The notes under the pieces are model-generated. The model made no database searches and was not told the DNA's origin. It worked only from the letters and a program-made list of their open reading frames with translations. Shown piece by piece: positions 46,676 to 58,656 of a stretch of DNA of 64,000 nucleotides. Position 1 is the stretch's first letter; every line of letters starts with the position of its first letter. The position numbers were made by a program, and so were the translations under genes. Origin of the DNA: Thalia democratica (Eukaryota); assembly GCA_965202585.1 (NCBI GenBank), contig OZ241832.1, positions 34,162,001-34,226,000 on the forward strand, given 5' to 3'.

Positions 46676-47589
46676 GCAAAGTATATATATATATTAATTT
46701 ATTAAAATTATTTTAACTAAAAAAGTCTGTATCATAATTAGATTCAAAAAATTTCGAATATAGAAAAAAAAAATTTATTGAAACTTTTTTATTACTTTTT
46801 ACATGAATTCTGAAACACTTTTTAAACAACTTGGTTCAAAAAACATATTAATTAAGTTTAGTTATTAAGTTTACTAACTTCCTAACTAGTAGTTTACATA
46901 AGTGATAAGTTCAATTTAAATAAAATGTTTAAATGGTTATTCAAAAATATCAAAGCTAATATAAACTATAACTTAGCGAGTTAATAAATGTAATAGTTTA
47001 AATTAATTAATATGTTTTTTGTACTAAAGCTAATAAGGAAATTTTTAATAATTTTATCCAGAAATTGTAAAACATTTTTTCCTAAATTTAATGTTGTAAA
47101 AAGTCATAAGCATCAACTTTTATTTTTGTTGATCATAAATTTTTTTCAGGGTCAAATTATAATTGACTTACAAAATAAATGTAAAAATATTTATCTTAAG
47201 CAACTTGGGTCTATATCAGTGGTCATCACATTGTGCACACTAATGTGCATAGAAATTATTTTACTGTGCACAAACAATTAGTACGGTAAAAAATAATTTT
47301 GCTTTGCACTATTCAATAAAAAATAATTAAAACACAAATCAACTATCCTTAAACCGTTATGTTTATATTAAGACACTAAAAAGTTTTTTTTTATAACAAT
47401 TAATATTTTTTTTTTGGTGTTCAAAGAACTCAATTTTGAGTAACTTAGTGTGTAGCAATTTTCAAAAGGTTGAAGACTACTGGTTTTTATGGCATTTATA
47501 AAAATATAAAATGTTCAAAAATATAGGTTTAATCGTTTGTTAACAAAAGATCCTAGTGAAGTAACTTCACTGGAATATAAATAAAAACA

Positions 47590-47672
47590 AATCAACACAC
47601 TTCAACTGGGTTGTTAATGGGAAAGATAACTGTTATCTTTCCCATTAACAACCCAGTTGAAGTGTGTTGATT
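47590..47672. repeat. Perfect 83-bp palindrome (41-bp arms, 1-nt spacer)
   Basis: aatcaacacacttcaactgggttgttaatgggaaagataac-t-gttatctttcccattaacaacccagttgaagtgtgttgatt with no mismatches. A second perfect 8-1-8 palindrome lies at 47555-47571. Confidence 0.95.
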
Positions 47673-47809
47673 AGTTAACACACAGAAACATATGTTGGTA
47701 CAATCAAGGAAGATTACTGTATAATTTGTTTTTATAAAAATATAAACCAACTATCACCCTGAAAAATAAAAAAACTAGCGTTTAAATAAAGCAAAAAATG
47801 TTCTGATAG

Positions 47810-49123
47810 CTAGAAATCACATTCGAAAAGAACTGTAAAACATCACATAACATGAAACACGTGTATATAACAGAAGCAAAACTATAAATAATGTTGTTTT
47901 TTAGGTAGACTGTTTAGTTATATGTGATAACACATTTAGAATTTTATAGCTTAATAAAAAAGTAAATTTACCAAAGGGAAAGTATTGTACTTTCATCTGA
48001 AGTGACTCGCTTTGCTGTAACAGCTTGACTACCTGTATGAATTATAATTTTATAACTTAAAGCTTAATGCATAGCTTAATAAATAAAATAAACAACACCT
48101 TCTGAAATCATACTTACTAAAAGTATGACTAACTACTTACTCTTAGTGAGTAAGTTTAGTTTAAAACGGAAGTAAATTTAAGTTGAAAAAGCTAGTAAAG
48201 TTAAAGTATAAAAAAATTGTAACTTTTTCATGCGATACATCGGTGCAATCCAAATTGTTGATGGATAAAATTTTGTCTCCGGGTTTAAGACCTAACTTGT
48301 CCGCTGCTGAGTTTTCTTTTACCTTTTTATATTAAAATTTCATCAATAAAATGTATTTTATTTAATGTAACCCACTTTTACACATAAGGTTCGTAAAGCA
48401 AAAATTCTTTAGGTGCAATTTTACAGCAGTAAAAACAAAGAGAACTTGAAAAAAATCTTAATCTTTGAATAATTGGGTAAAATAAGATTTTTAGAAAACA
48501 TAAATATTTTTAAACATCTAAAATAACCGTTTAAATATTTTTACAATAAAGTTTTTTTTTGCAGTTGGTTAGTTCCTTAATAATTAATCTTTAAAGAAGT
48601 TATACAAAAAAAGTGCAAGGATGCTTAATACTTCTATTACAAAAATCATTAAAATATGTAAAAAGCACAAAAGTGAAATACCTTAAACACACCTTGAAAC
48701 TGTAGTACGATAAACCATAAATCAATCATACATATATAAAATAAAACTGTTTATAAACTTGTGATCTACTAAATCAAACAGAAATATAGAAAACATTGTT
48801 TAAGTATAAACATTATTACATTTTTCTTAGCTCCATCACAAACCTTTACAAAAAATCAAAGCAAACTCGCAGCAGAAACAAATAAAAACAAATCTCACCA
48901 GAGTGATGTACACGCCGTACTCTCTTTCGGGGCCGCCCCTGATGTAAAGACCCAGACCTTCGTCCTGGCTCTTCCTGGTCCAGGCGACGGTGCGAGGCAG
49001 GAAGGTGATCAGGTTGCAGGTGTAGTTCGGGTTGCGGGTCCTTTCCGCCGGAGGGAGCCACTTGGGCGGGTGGTTGTAGGGCGGCAACGCGATTGGTTGC
49101 TGGACCGCTCTCTTCCTGGGCAT
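47810..49123 (-). CDS. PDZD11: PDZ domain-containing protein 11 (~136 aa, 4 exons)
   Basis: Exons 49123-48899, 48322-48224, 48032-47972 and a tentative 47832-47810. LPPYNHPPKWLPPAER..PNY...LITFLPRT...GLYIRGG and QYFPF match recalled PDZD11 LPAYENPPAWIPPHER..PDY...LTQFLPRT...GFNIRGG and RFFPY. Confidence 0.88.
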
Positions 49124-50249
49124 GCTTGTGAGCTGTACACAGGAAAAATTGAGCTTCAGTTAGCAGTAGAATGGAGTGGTAAGAAAAAAATGCTGCAAAT
49201 TCGAAATTTTCTATATAATAAGATAAAAGCAAGCAAATATTTTTATTGTCGTTTGAGTTTAATTTTGATCAGAGGTTTTAAAATAATAACAATTCCATCA
49301 CAAAAAACATAACATTTTATCTATTATTTTTCTTTTATTTATTTTTAAGAGCATAGACAAAAAACTAATTACACCTCAGCTAATCTTGCTCAACTGTTTT
49401 CTTTCTAGTCATATTTAAAAGCTAAACAAGAAAAAAATAGAGCAGTAGATATAAAAGAGACTGTTGAGGAAAATTTTACTGACATTTGACTACTTTTATA
49501 TAGCAAAGTTTTTAATAAGCAGACATTTTTATAATAAGTTTAAATAAGGTCAATTGTTTCAAAATCAAGTAGCTTTTTTCTAGACACCAAAACAAAACAC
49601 CAATAATAGTTATATCGAAAAAGTACACAAAACTAACATTTAGCTTTTCAAACTATGAGTATATAAAAATAAAAGAGTTAATAAAATTTAATTAAAATGC
49701 AGCTAGCTTAGGAGCAGTAAACAAGCAATTGGAATAATGACTTGGATTGATAAACGGTATACAGTGTTAATCAATAAATACTAAATAAATAACAGTGAGT
49801 GTAATAACACAGTAACTTAAAAAGTAAAGCTTTAAATGTAGAATTCTTTTAAACTATAAAATAACAAATGTGAGAAATAAAAAGGAGTAACAGCAGACGT
49901 TTATAAAAATAATAGTATTTATCAAGAATAAACAGTTTGAAAATATAATTTGCTTTTTCTATAGTTATGAACATAATTACAACATCTATGATAAACCATT
50001 ATTTAATAGCAGTTTTTTAACTAAGTTTTTGCAATATCTAACTATAAAATATTTTGTATTTTTGTAATTCTTCAATAACCTAACTTTACAAACTTTATAA
50101 GATAACTTGTACAATAAATGATTAAAAAAAAACTTTTATGTATAAAGATTGTTAATAATTAATTGAACATTTTTTTTTAGCTTTAGGACTGTAGACAACT
50201 AATTTATATAGAAATAGTTATTCTAAAAGAATAATAATTGGACTATATG

Positions 50250-51353
50250 CTACTGAGAGAATTTAAAAAATGTACTAAACGAGTAAAAAATTGTGGGAGC
50301 TACAATAAATAAAGTTGTTAAAATCACAATGTTAAACAAGAAAAAATTTAAAAAGTTTAACCCATTTACAGGAGTGCATTTTAATTCAGACTGAAAATGA
50401 CCTTTTTCGCGTAAAAACTTCAACATGTTGTCTTTCTGGTAAAACCTTTTCATTAGCCAGTCACAAAAACTTTTATTTAAAGTGTCTGGGTCATCAGTTT
50501 CATTAAAAATGTTATCGTAATTGAAAACCCTACAATTAATAACAGTTGAAACTTTTTTGTTGTCAAAAAATAGATCTTTTGCTCCAAAGTTGTCAGGGTA
50601 TGCTAAAGTCAAGTCAACTATCCACAAATTTGAACCCTGAAACTTTTTGGTTAGTCTTAAAGAGTTCACAATGTTCTTAAAGCCGTTCACTTTAGGCAAG
50701 GACACGAACTGGGTGGCCTTGATACCTTTCTTTTTAGCAAACGCATTGCTTGAATGTATGCGCTTGTACATAAGTCCTCCTTCAGGGAAGAAAGCAACTG
50801 AATTGAAATTGTTTCTGTCAACATTTTGGACAATTCTCCTGCTCAGATCCAGCTCCTGGTCCTCTTTCCAGCGCATGACACGACACTTCCCACACAGCCA
50901 CGACAGCAGCTTGACATCGGAAGACTGAACAATCAACAAGTTTCCATGCAAGTCACAAACCTTGCCAAATGGAAAAAAATTAAGAACGTAGTCCATCATC
51001 CACATTATCTTGCTCACTGTGTATTTTTTGGCAGTCAGGTAGCGGCTGAGGACAGAGTTGTCAATCAGAAGCTGGTGGTTCACGATGAACAGCTTCAAGT
51101 CATCTTCGGGAATTTCTGAAATGTTGTCCCCGCATTGGTAGATCTTGTTACCCCCAAAATCGTTCCACGCGCCCAAGCTTTCAAAGTAGCCGGTGTACAG
51201 GTAGTCAAGCAGTCGGGTTCTAAAGTTGCAGTTGATAAGCTTTAGTGGGTGCAAGAATATGTACCAAAAAATGTAGGCAAGTGGGTAAAAAAGAAACTGA
51301 AAAACTGCTAATGCAGTGAAAAATGCACAGTGGAAATAATCCAAGAAAAACAT
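50250..51353 (-). CDS. LPGAT1: Acyl-CoA:lysophosphatidylglycerol acyltransferase 1-like, intronless
   Basis: Acyltransferase motifs NHQxxxD and FPEGG, KYTVSKIMWMMD, LPKVNGF, WIVDLTLAYP, N- and C-terminal TM segments. The first ATG is at 51353 (the ORF-track start is TTG). Confidence 0.85.
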   Translation of the reverse strand: MFFLDYFHCAFFTALAVFQFLFYPLAYIFWYIFLHPLKLINCNFRTRLLDYLYTGYFESLGAWNDFGGNKIYQCGDNISEIPEDDLKLFIVNHQLLIDNSVLSRYLTAKKYTVSKIMWMMDYVLNFFPFGKVCDLHGNLLIVQSSDVKLLSWLCGKCRVMRWKEDQELDLSRRIVQNVDRNNFNSVAFFPEGGLMYKRIHSSNAFAKKKGIKATQFVSLPKVNGFKNIVNSLRLTKKFQGSNLWIVDLTLAYPDNFGAKDLFFDNKKVSTVINCRVFNYDNIFNETDDPDTLNKSFCDWLMKRFYQKDNMLKFLREKGHFQSELKCTPVNGLNFLNFFLFNIVILTTLFIVAPTIFYSFSTFFKFSQ

Positions 51354-52740
51354 TAGCAGTATCAATAAAGGTTGTTGGGACTTGAGCAGCTTTCCTTTCT
51401 ATTTGTTTTGATATACAAGTTATTTATTATGATTGTTTATCTGTAAATTTAAAAAGTTTGTATCCTACTTAAGATAATAAAACTAGCAACTACACCAGCT
51501 ATTTAAAAAAAGCTCAGACTAAATTAAAATGTATACCCAGTTTTTACTGTTTAGGTAAAAACTATTTTTATAACTAAAGTAACATTCATGCTGAAAGTTA
51601 AATGATAGATACAAGCTATCAAAATATTGAAAAATGTTGAAGTAGTTGAAATAAATAAGACGAAAATCCTTAGTTACAAAAATCTTGAACTAATGCATTA
51701 ATATGAGATAAAATAATAACAGCACATTTACTACATTTTCAAAATTAAACTATTTATATTTTCGATATTAATGTAACTGATATAAGTAAAGTTGACTGTT
51801 ATAAAATTTTATTTAAATATTTACTTACAAAAACTAGTGTAAAATTTTCTAACATTTATAAAATCAATATAATTAAGTAATCCACCAATATGAAAATAAA
51901 AAAACACTAGGTTCATTAATCCTTAATATAAGTAGAACAAAAAGCTATTAAATTAGCAGAAATTTAAAAAAAAAACTCTGATTTTTTATTTTAAACTAGC
52001 TAATGGATAACCTAACTTGTAACATATGCATCATTTTAGTTGTAATATTTTTATGTAAAGTTTTTAGTATTTACCAATTTTTTTATTTCTTCTTACTTTA
52101 ATTACTTTTTTTTTTTTTCAACTTGTATTTAGCCAACAGCAAACACAAAATCAATTTTTAGACAAGCAAGATGTTTTTTTTTATTTCAAACTCTTTACAT
52201 ACATGAAAATGTACATAAGATATAATTTAGGTTTTTATAAACTTGTCTGTAGGACTAAATATAACAAACCCAACTCAGTTATTAAGTAAAACTGAAAAAT
52301 AACCTGTTTTCTCATTAAAAAAATTATAAGTACCTAGTATTAGAAACAAAAGTCTAGTGTAATCTTTATTTTATAAATTTAATTTACTAGAAGGCACTGT
52401 ATTTACTTCTTGTCAGATAACAATTTGTTAAAATTAAAAAAAAGCCTCTGAAAATTTATAATAAATGTGATAAGGGCATAGGGGGTCAACTTTTTTTATT
52501 TTTAACAAAAAGTAACATAGACTCTTATATGAATTATACAAGCAAGTCTTTATAAAGTTTGAAAATCTTATTGTACTTTTCAGATATTTATTTTTGGTAT
52601 AAAGTTTCTGATATAAACCACTAGTTTTTCAGGGTCAAGTTTTTTTCAACTTTATTAAAAGTTCACTAACATTACTCAATTATCCAATTCACTTAGTCTA
52701 AAATCTAAATACTAGTTTTATATGATTCTTTTTACTGTGG

Positions 52741-52895
52741 CTAGTGTGAGTTAAAAATATTGCCCTAAATTGTACCTAAGGCCTTTTTTGGGTTTTTCAT
52801 TTCAAATTCCAGAAAATCTAGTGTAAGTTAAAAATATTTCCCTAAATGGTATCTAAGGTCTTTTCATTTCAAATCTAAGAAAATCTAGTGTAAGT
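52741..52895. repeat. Diverged ~70-bp tandem repeat, about 2.2 units
   Basis: ctagtgt(g/a)agttaaaaatatt(g/t)ccctaaat(t/g)gta(c/t)ctaagg...ttttcatttcaaat...agaaaat repeated. Confidence 0.7.
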
Positions 52896-54991
52896 TTGAA
52901 ATTTGGTTTAGCATGACAGACTTACATGCTTGTGGGCCCCAGATTTTCTTTTGATGGCCGGATTCAACTCAACTTTTTCAAATACTGGCAGCCTGGTAAT
53001 TTTCAGGCTGTACATTGCTCATCTCTACTTAAAAAGAGTAGTTACTTAGGTTTGTTATGTAAAAAACATTGTTTTACTGCTTTAAATATTATCAAGTGCT
53101 TATAACTATTTTTCAATTGGTAACAATTAAAAACTTTAATTAGTAGTATTTTTAATTTTAAACTATATTTAAGTAAAATTCATTCAATAAAATCAGTTCT
53201 AGCTTAGAGTTCAGAGTAACTACTTATGGATATAAACCTAAATTAGTTTATTTAAAACTTACGTGCAAAATTTAAGTCTATCTGGTCTTAGTATCTCATG
53301 CTAGTTTTGGATTTAAAAAATTAATTATAATTAATTTTTTTTTAGATATAATAAAATATTTTTCAAAATTAATGGGCGCTAAATATCTAACTTGATTAAT
53401 AGTACTTTAATTATTTTTAGAATCTTACTAGATGAACTAAAACGTTATTTCAAGTTGTTTACTTTTATTTTAGTTTAAATGTTTTGATAAAGTATGTTAA
53501 CAAAAACTTAAATCTTGTAAGTATTATTAAGTTATTCTAAATGGAGGTAATTAAGGGCTTTAATCAGAAATATTTGAATAGTAAACTGCATTTAAGCAGG
53601 TTACAGCAAATAAATTCAGTTATAGCTAACAGAGCTAAGAGTAATAGCTTGTGGTATAAGTTTAAAAAGTTTATTTGTTTATTTTCTATGAAAAGTTCAG
53701 ACTCTAGTAGATATTTTGTAATTATTCTAGTTATTTTTTATTCAACTTTACTATTCTTTCACAATTAACTTTATTATTTTATTATTTTAACTTCGTTTTG
53801 TATAAATTACTTAAAAAGAAAGAAAGAAAAAAATACGAACACTCACAACTAAGGTCAATAGATTGGTGTTGAGAAAGACCTTTTGGTGATGAGCTGCACA
53901 ACATTTACTTGTAACTAATACTTTGAGCTAACTTTAAAACAATAATGAAAAAATAAAAACAAAAAACTTAAAAAGTAACTATATACACTTTTTTTTTAAG
54001 TTTAAAAATGGTAAGCTCCCTTTTACTGCCAATATTGACCATGGAAACCATAGTCTACCATGGGCTCCACACCGTCTCCTCCCATAGATTTTGATTTTTA
54101 TGATCGTGTATATTCACATTTTTTTGTTGCCCTCTCTACAAGAGCAGCCACAAAAAATGCAAAAAATATCTCAAAATTGTATAAGTGGGGAGAGTTAGTA
54201 ATGTCAGTATACATAAAATATTTACTAATGTTGTAAAACTGTAATAGCACCATGTATTTTAAAATAGTGTCTTGAAATTTCTAGTAAATGTGTTTGTAGG
54301 TAAATGAAAATTTGTTAAACTGCTCTATAGACTTGTAAACAATTCAGTTTTAATCAATAAAATCCACTAATAATTGATTGAACTTGTTTAAACTACATAA
54401 AACAAAATCACTCGGAACACTAAACAGCTAAATTTAGAAAATAAAATAATAAAACTTAACAAATATTCTAAAAAAATAAGTATTTTAATTGAATTAAATA
54501 AATAGTTTGTAAACCTAAAACTAATTTTTAACAAATAAAATTAAATAACCAGAATGTCTAAAAATATCAAGTTTTTACAACTAAATTTAGAATCAAATAA
54601 ACACATAATACCTAGTAAACAAAGAACTAACAAATAGATTTGAAAAAATATGATACATCTACTTATTTAATCACACTATATATTAGTATAGTAATTGTAT
54701 AACAGTGTTTAACCACACTTAATAAAAATATCAATTTTTTTTTAATTCGAATAACAAATTATTACTTTGCCTTTATGTTTACAAGCTTTGATAAATGTAA
54801 AATGTTTTGAGAGAAATCTACTGAATTTCTTTTTAACTTATAAAATAGTGGAACATAAACATCTTTAATTATTATTATTAACTTCAAATTCTTTTTTATA
54901 TCTACAACTAACTAAAACTAAGTTAAATGACCAAAAAAGCAAGGCTTTTATTTTTGTTATCATCTACAGAAAGCCTTTCTAAATACACAAA

Positions 54992-55390
54992 ATGTCTTTA
55001 AGTAAAGATATCAACAACACCAGCATATCTTTCAACTACAACTTCAGCGGTTGGTGGGTTGAACAAAATGTCAATGAATCTGCTGATATGACCAATTTGA
55101 AAACCAAAAAACATGATGGATGGTGGTTTGAAAACCACAAACTTAAAGTCCCTGAAACAGCCACTTCAGAATACAAACCGTCTCAAAATGTAGAAACAGA
55201 AGAAACTCCCAAACAAGAATTCTCAGAACTTGAAAAATATCAAGCTGTGTTGAGAAAAAAGTTTGCTAAATTCTACAAGACTCCAGAAAAAGTTCAGGAG
55301 AATGAAGAAGATTCTGAATCATCTGAGGACTATGACTCCGGTGCTTCTCTTCAAGTTCTGTCCTTTTCTGACAGTGAAGAAGAAAATTAA
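54992..55390 (+). CDS. Hypothetical 132-aa acidic protein with two GWW motifs
   Basis: ATG-to-TAA ORF with coding-like composition in AT-rich DNA, FSGWWVEQN and HDGWWFENH motifs, Ser/Glu-rich tail, and an acceptor-like ctacag 22 nt upstream of the ATG. Confidence 0.65.
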   Translation: MSLSKDINNTSISFNYNFSGWWVEQNVNESADMTNLKTKKHDGWWFENHKLKVPETATSEYKPSQNVETEETPKQEFSELEKYQAVLRKKFAKFYKTPEKVQENEEDSESSEDYDSGASLQVLSFSDSEEEN

Positions 55391-57706
55391 GTTATAAGTT
55401 ACTCTTAGTTTATTATATGGTTTTTATTCAATTTTTTTATAAAAGATTGATATATAAGTTACTCTATGTTTGTTATATGCTTATATTCTTTTTGTTTATA
55501 GTAATAAACTTTTGTTTTAGATTATTGTGTTTTTTAGCTAAAGTTTCAAGGTTTGATAGTCATTTAATTTACATTTGCATAATACGTTGAATACCATAGT
55601 AAAATCAAAATTCATGATCTAAAGAGATAACAGTCCTTAAATTAGAGGTAGACAATGTTTTGACTTGGCAGGCCAGATGTATAAAAATTAATCTTTTACA
55701 AGGGAAAATTTTAATTTAATTAAGTTTACAAATATTACTGAACTATTTAAAACATTTTGATAGAAAAAAGGTCATCTAGAATAAGTGTTTTAGAGTAAGT
55801 TTAAACATTTAGTTTAACAGGCCATACTTGAATGGCTCTGATATGACAGGTTAAAGTAAAAACTACAAGCAAGTTTTTATAGTATATAAAAAATTATTAG
55901 TTTTTGAGAAATATATGCTTTTGTAAAAAGTTTCCATACAAAGGCATAGACCATAATTTGTGCATTGTCAATTTTCTCACTAACTTAAAAACACAGTAAA
56001 ATATTATTTTCTTCATTTTTGAGCAACAGCCTTTAAATTTTCAGGAAACATTTCTTTAAACTTAAATGTTGCAACTGAAAAAAAATTAAAACTTTTGACA
56101 AAAATCAGAAAAAAAATTGGTGGTTTTTTAACAAAACTTTTATTAAAAAAAAAAGGAAATCTTGCTTTTATCCACTTTAAGTATTAATTATAAATTAACT
56201 GTGAAAATATGAAGAAAATTGGTTTGTAAATGAAGGAGAAGATATATTTTTAGTGAAATAGTCTTTTTTTTTTCCCGTCCTTCTATAATCTATAGAGGTC
56301 ACTTATTTTGATCTTTTATATATGAAAAGTTACTTTGAATTTTGTAGAGGTTAAAAATGTCTGATAGCTCAGATTAAACTACAATATAAGAACAACTTGA
56401 AAAAAATCAAAGCAGCTCCCTAATTTACATACAACTTCAAACTTTAAATAGAAAAATCTTAACTTTAATTCTAAATGAAGATTTTTATTTTTATTTATAG
56501 TTAATGGAACATAAAAATAAATACTATCCAAAAACTAATGTAAGTTAAAGACATAATGAGTTATCAAATTAATTCAGAAATAACTTTACCCACCTGAAAC
56601 AGGTTTATTTTTATTTTACACATAATATTTAAAACAGTTAGATTTAAAGTTATGCATTCAAAATTTACAGCTTAGTACTGTTTTTAAAAAAAGATAAGGC
56701 ATCTGTTTTAATGATCAAAACATACCACACTTTTTTGTTATTTGAAATAAACATAAAACATATTTTTATTTTCAAAGCACTAAAATTTGAAAAAAAAAAC
56801 TGCTTTTTTTTTATTTAACAGTATTACATGTTTGCTTAAAATTATAATTTTTTTGATTATTGACAAAAATAAATATTATTGCAGTTTAAGTGATACTTGA
56901 TTTATAAACTTTAAGTTTTCAATGCTTAATTTTTCTATACACCCTTAAGCCACTATCTGGGTTGCCACATTTTTAGACAAAAAAACTGTCCTGAGTGACC
57001 TTAAATTATCCTGAGTAGTACTTCCTAAATTTTTTTGTAAATTTCTTCCAGATTTTCAATAAATAAGTGTTTTGGTTAATTTTTAGTATAAAACCAAACT
57101 TAAGGTAAATAACTGTATTAGATAGTACAAAAACTTTTTTTAAATACTGTAAAGTAACTGAATGCGTTTTATTATTTAAATATAATGAAATAAAAAAAAT
57201 ATGATAGATATTTTGTGTCTATTCAAAATTTTATTACTTTACATATAACAATAGTTTAAAATTCCAATTTTTTTTCAGGTTTTTCAGATATTTTTGTAAA
57301 AATTCAAGGCTTTTTTGAAAGATTCCCAAACTCCAGGTTTTATTTTTTGCTTAAATTGTCAAATTCCAGGTATTTCAAGGATTTTTAGCAACCCTGTTTT
57401 GTGTAATTTTAAATGTTTATAAAAGTTCTTTTAACTTTTAATAAAAATTAAGTTCTTCAAAACATTATTAAAAAATAACAAAATTACACATGGTTGAACT
57501 TACTTGTTTTTTTTTTTGTTTGACTTTTGAATAGTACTTATTATTAAAGAGAAAGACAGAGTACTGATATTTTTTATTAAAAAGAATAACAAAATATTAT
57601 AACTGAGTTGCTAATGTTTTCTTAGTGATCTGAATGGCAAACCTCTTGACAGCAACAATCTAAATAGCTTACAGATAGTCTTAGACTAGTCTACTGTAAA
57701 ATATTT

Positions 57707-58656
57707 ACGAGCATAAAGTTAATTTTATAGACAAATTTATAAATTTTTCAAAAAACATAAAACTTTAATGTCAATTATTTTCCTTATCTTAAAAGCTATC
57801 TAAAAGTTTTTTTTATCTTAGAGAACGCACCTTTGTCTTTAATTTAAGAAAAAAAAAATTTGGTTTAGGGTTTGAATTATTTCATGGGGTCCCTCCAAAA
57901 ATAAAGGGTTTTTTTTCTTTTTTTCATTCAAATTGCATTATAACCAAAAATAAATTTTTTTTTTTAATATTTTTTTTTTGATTTCCCTTAGTTTGCATGT
58001 TATTTAAACTCTTAAAAAGTTATTTTATAAATAATGTTAATATCTTTTACGATTTGGCCCCAAAACAAAATGATGTATATTACACTATAATTTGCCTTGG
58101 CCGTTTCCAAGATAAAAAATTGATAAAAGGAAAAAAACAATTAATAAGAATGTGAATTACAACAAATTTAATTAAATTATTATAGTTTATTTAAATTTGT
58201 TGTAATTTACATTCTTATTAATCGTTTTTTTCCTTTTATCAATTTATTATCTAGGAAACGGCCAAGGCAAATGATAGTGTAATATACATCATTTTGTTTT
58301 GGGGCCAAATCGTAAAAGATATTAACATTATTTATAAAATAACTATTTAAGAGTTTAAATAACATGCAAACTAAGGGAAATCAAAAAAAAATATTTAAAA
58401 AAAAAAATTATTTTTGGTTATAATGCAATTTGAATGAAAAAAAGAAAAAAAAACCTTTATTTTTGGAGGGACCCCATGAAATAATTCAAACCCTAAACCA
58501 AATTTTTTTTTTCTTAAATTAAAGACAAAGGTGCGTTCTCTAAGATAAAAAAAAAATTTTTAGATAGCTTTTAAGATAAGGAAAATAATTGACATTAAAG
58601 TTTTATGTTTTTTGAAAAATTTATAAATTTGTCTATAAAATTAACTTTATGCTCGT
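57707..58656. mobile_element. Mutator-like foldback element, near-perfect 950-bp palindrome
   Basis: ACGAGCATAAAG...CTTTATGCTCGT, ~465-bp arms differing mainly in homopolymer lengths, ~20-bp spacer, perfect 9-bp TSD AAAATATTT (57698-57706 and 58657-58665). Confidence 0.92.

Noticed and set aside
48846-49312. ORFs 48846-49232(-) and 49070-49312(+)
   Set aside because: Shadows of PDZD11 exon 1.
50647-51119. ORFs 50647-50928 and 50826-51119 (+)
   Set aside because: Antisense to LPGAT1.
56957-57396. hAT-like ends CTGGGTTGCCA ... TAGCAACCCTG
   Set aside because: The flanks (gccactat vs ttttgtgt) do not form a TSD, so the two ends cannot be shown to be one element.
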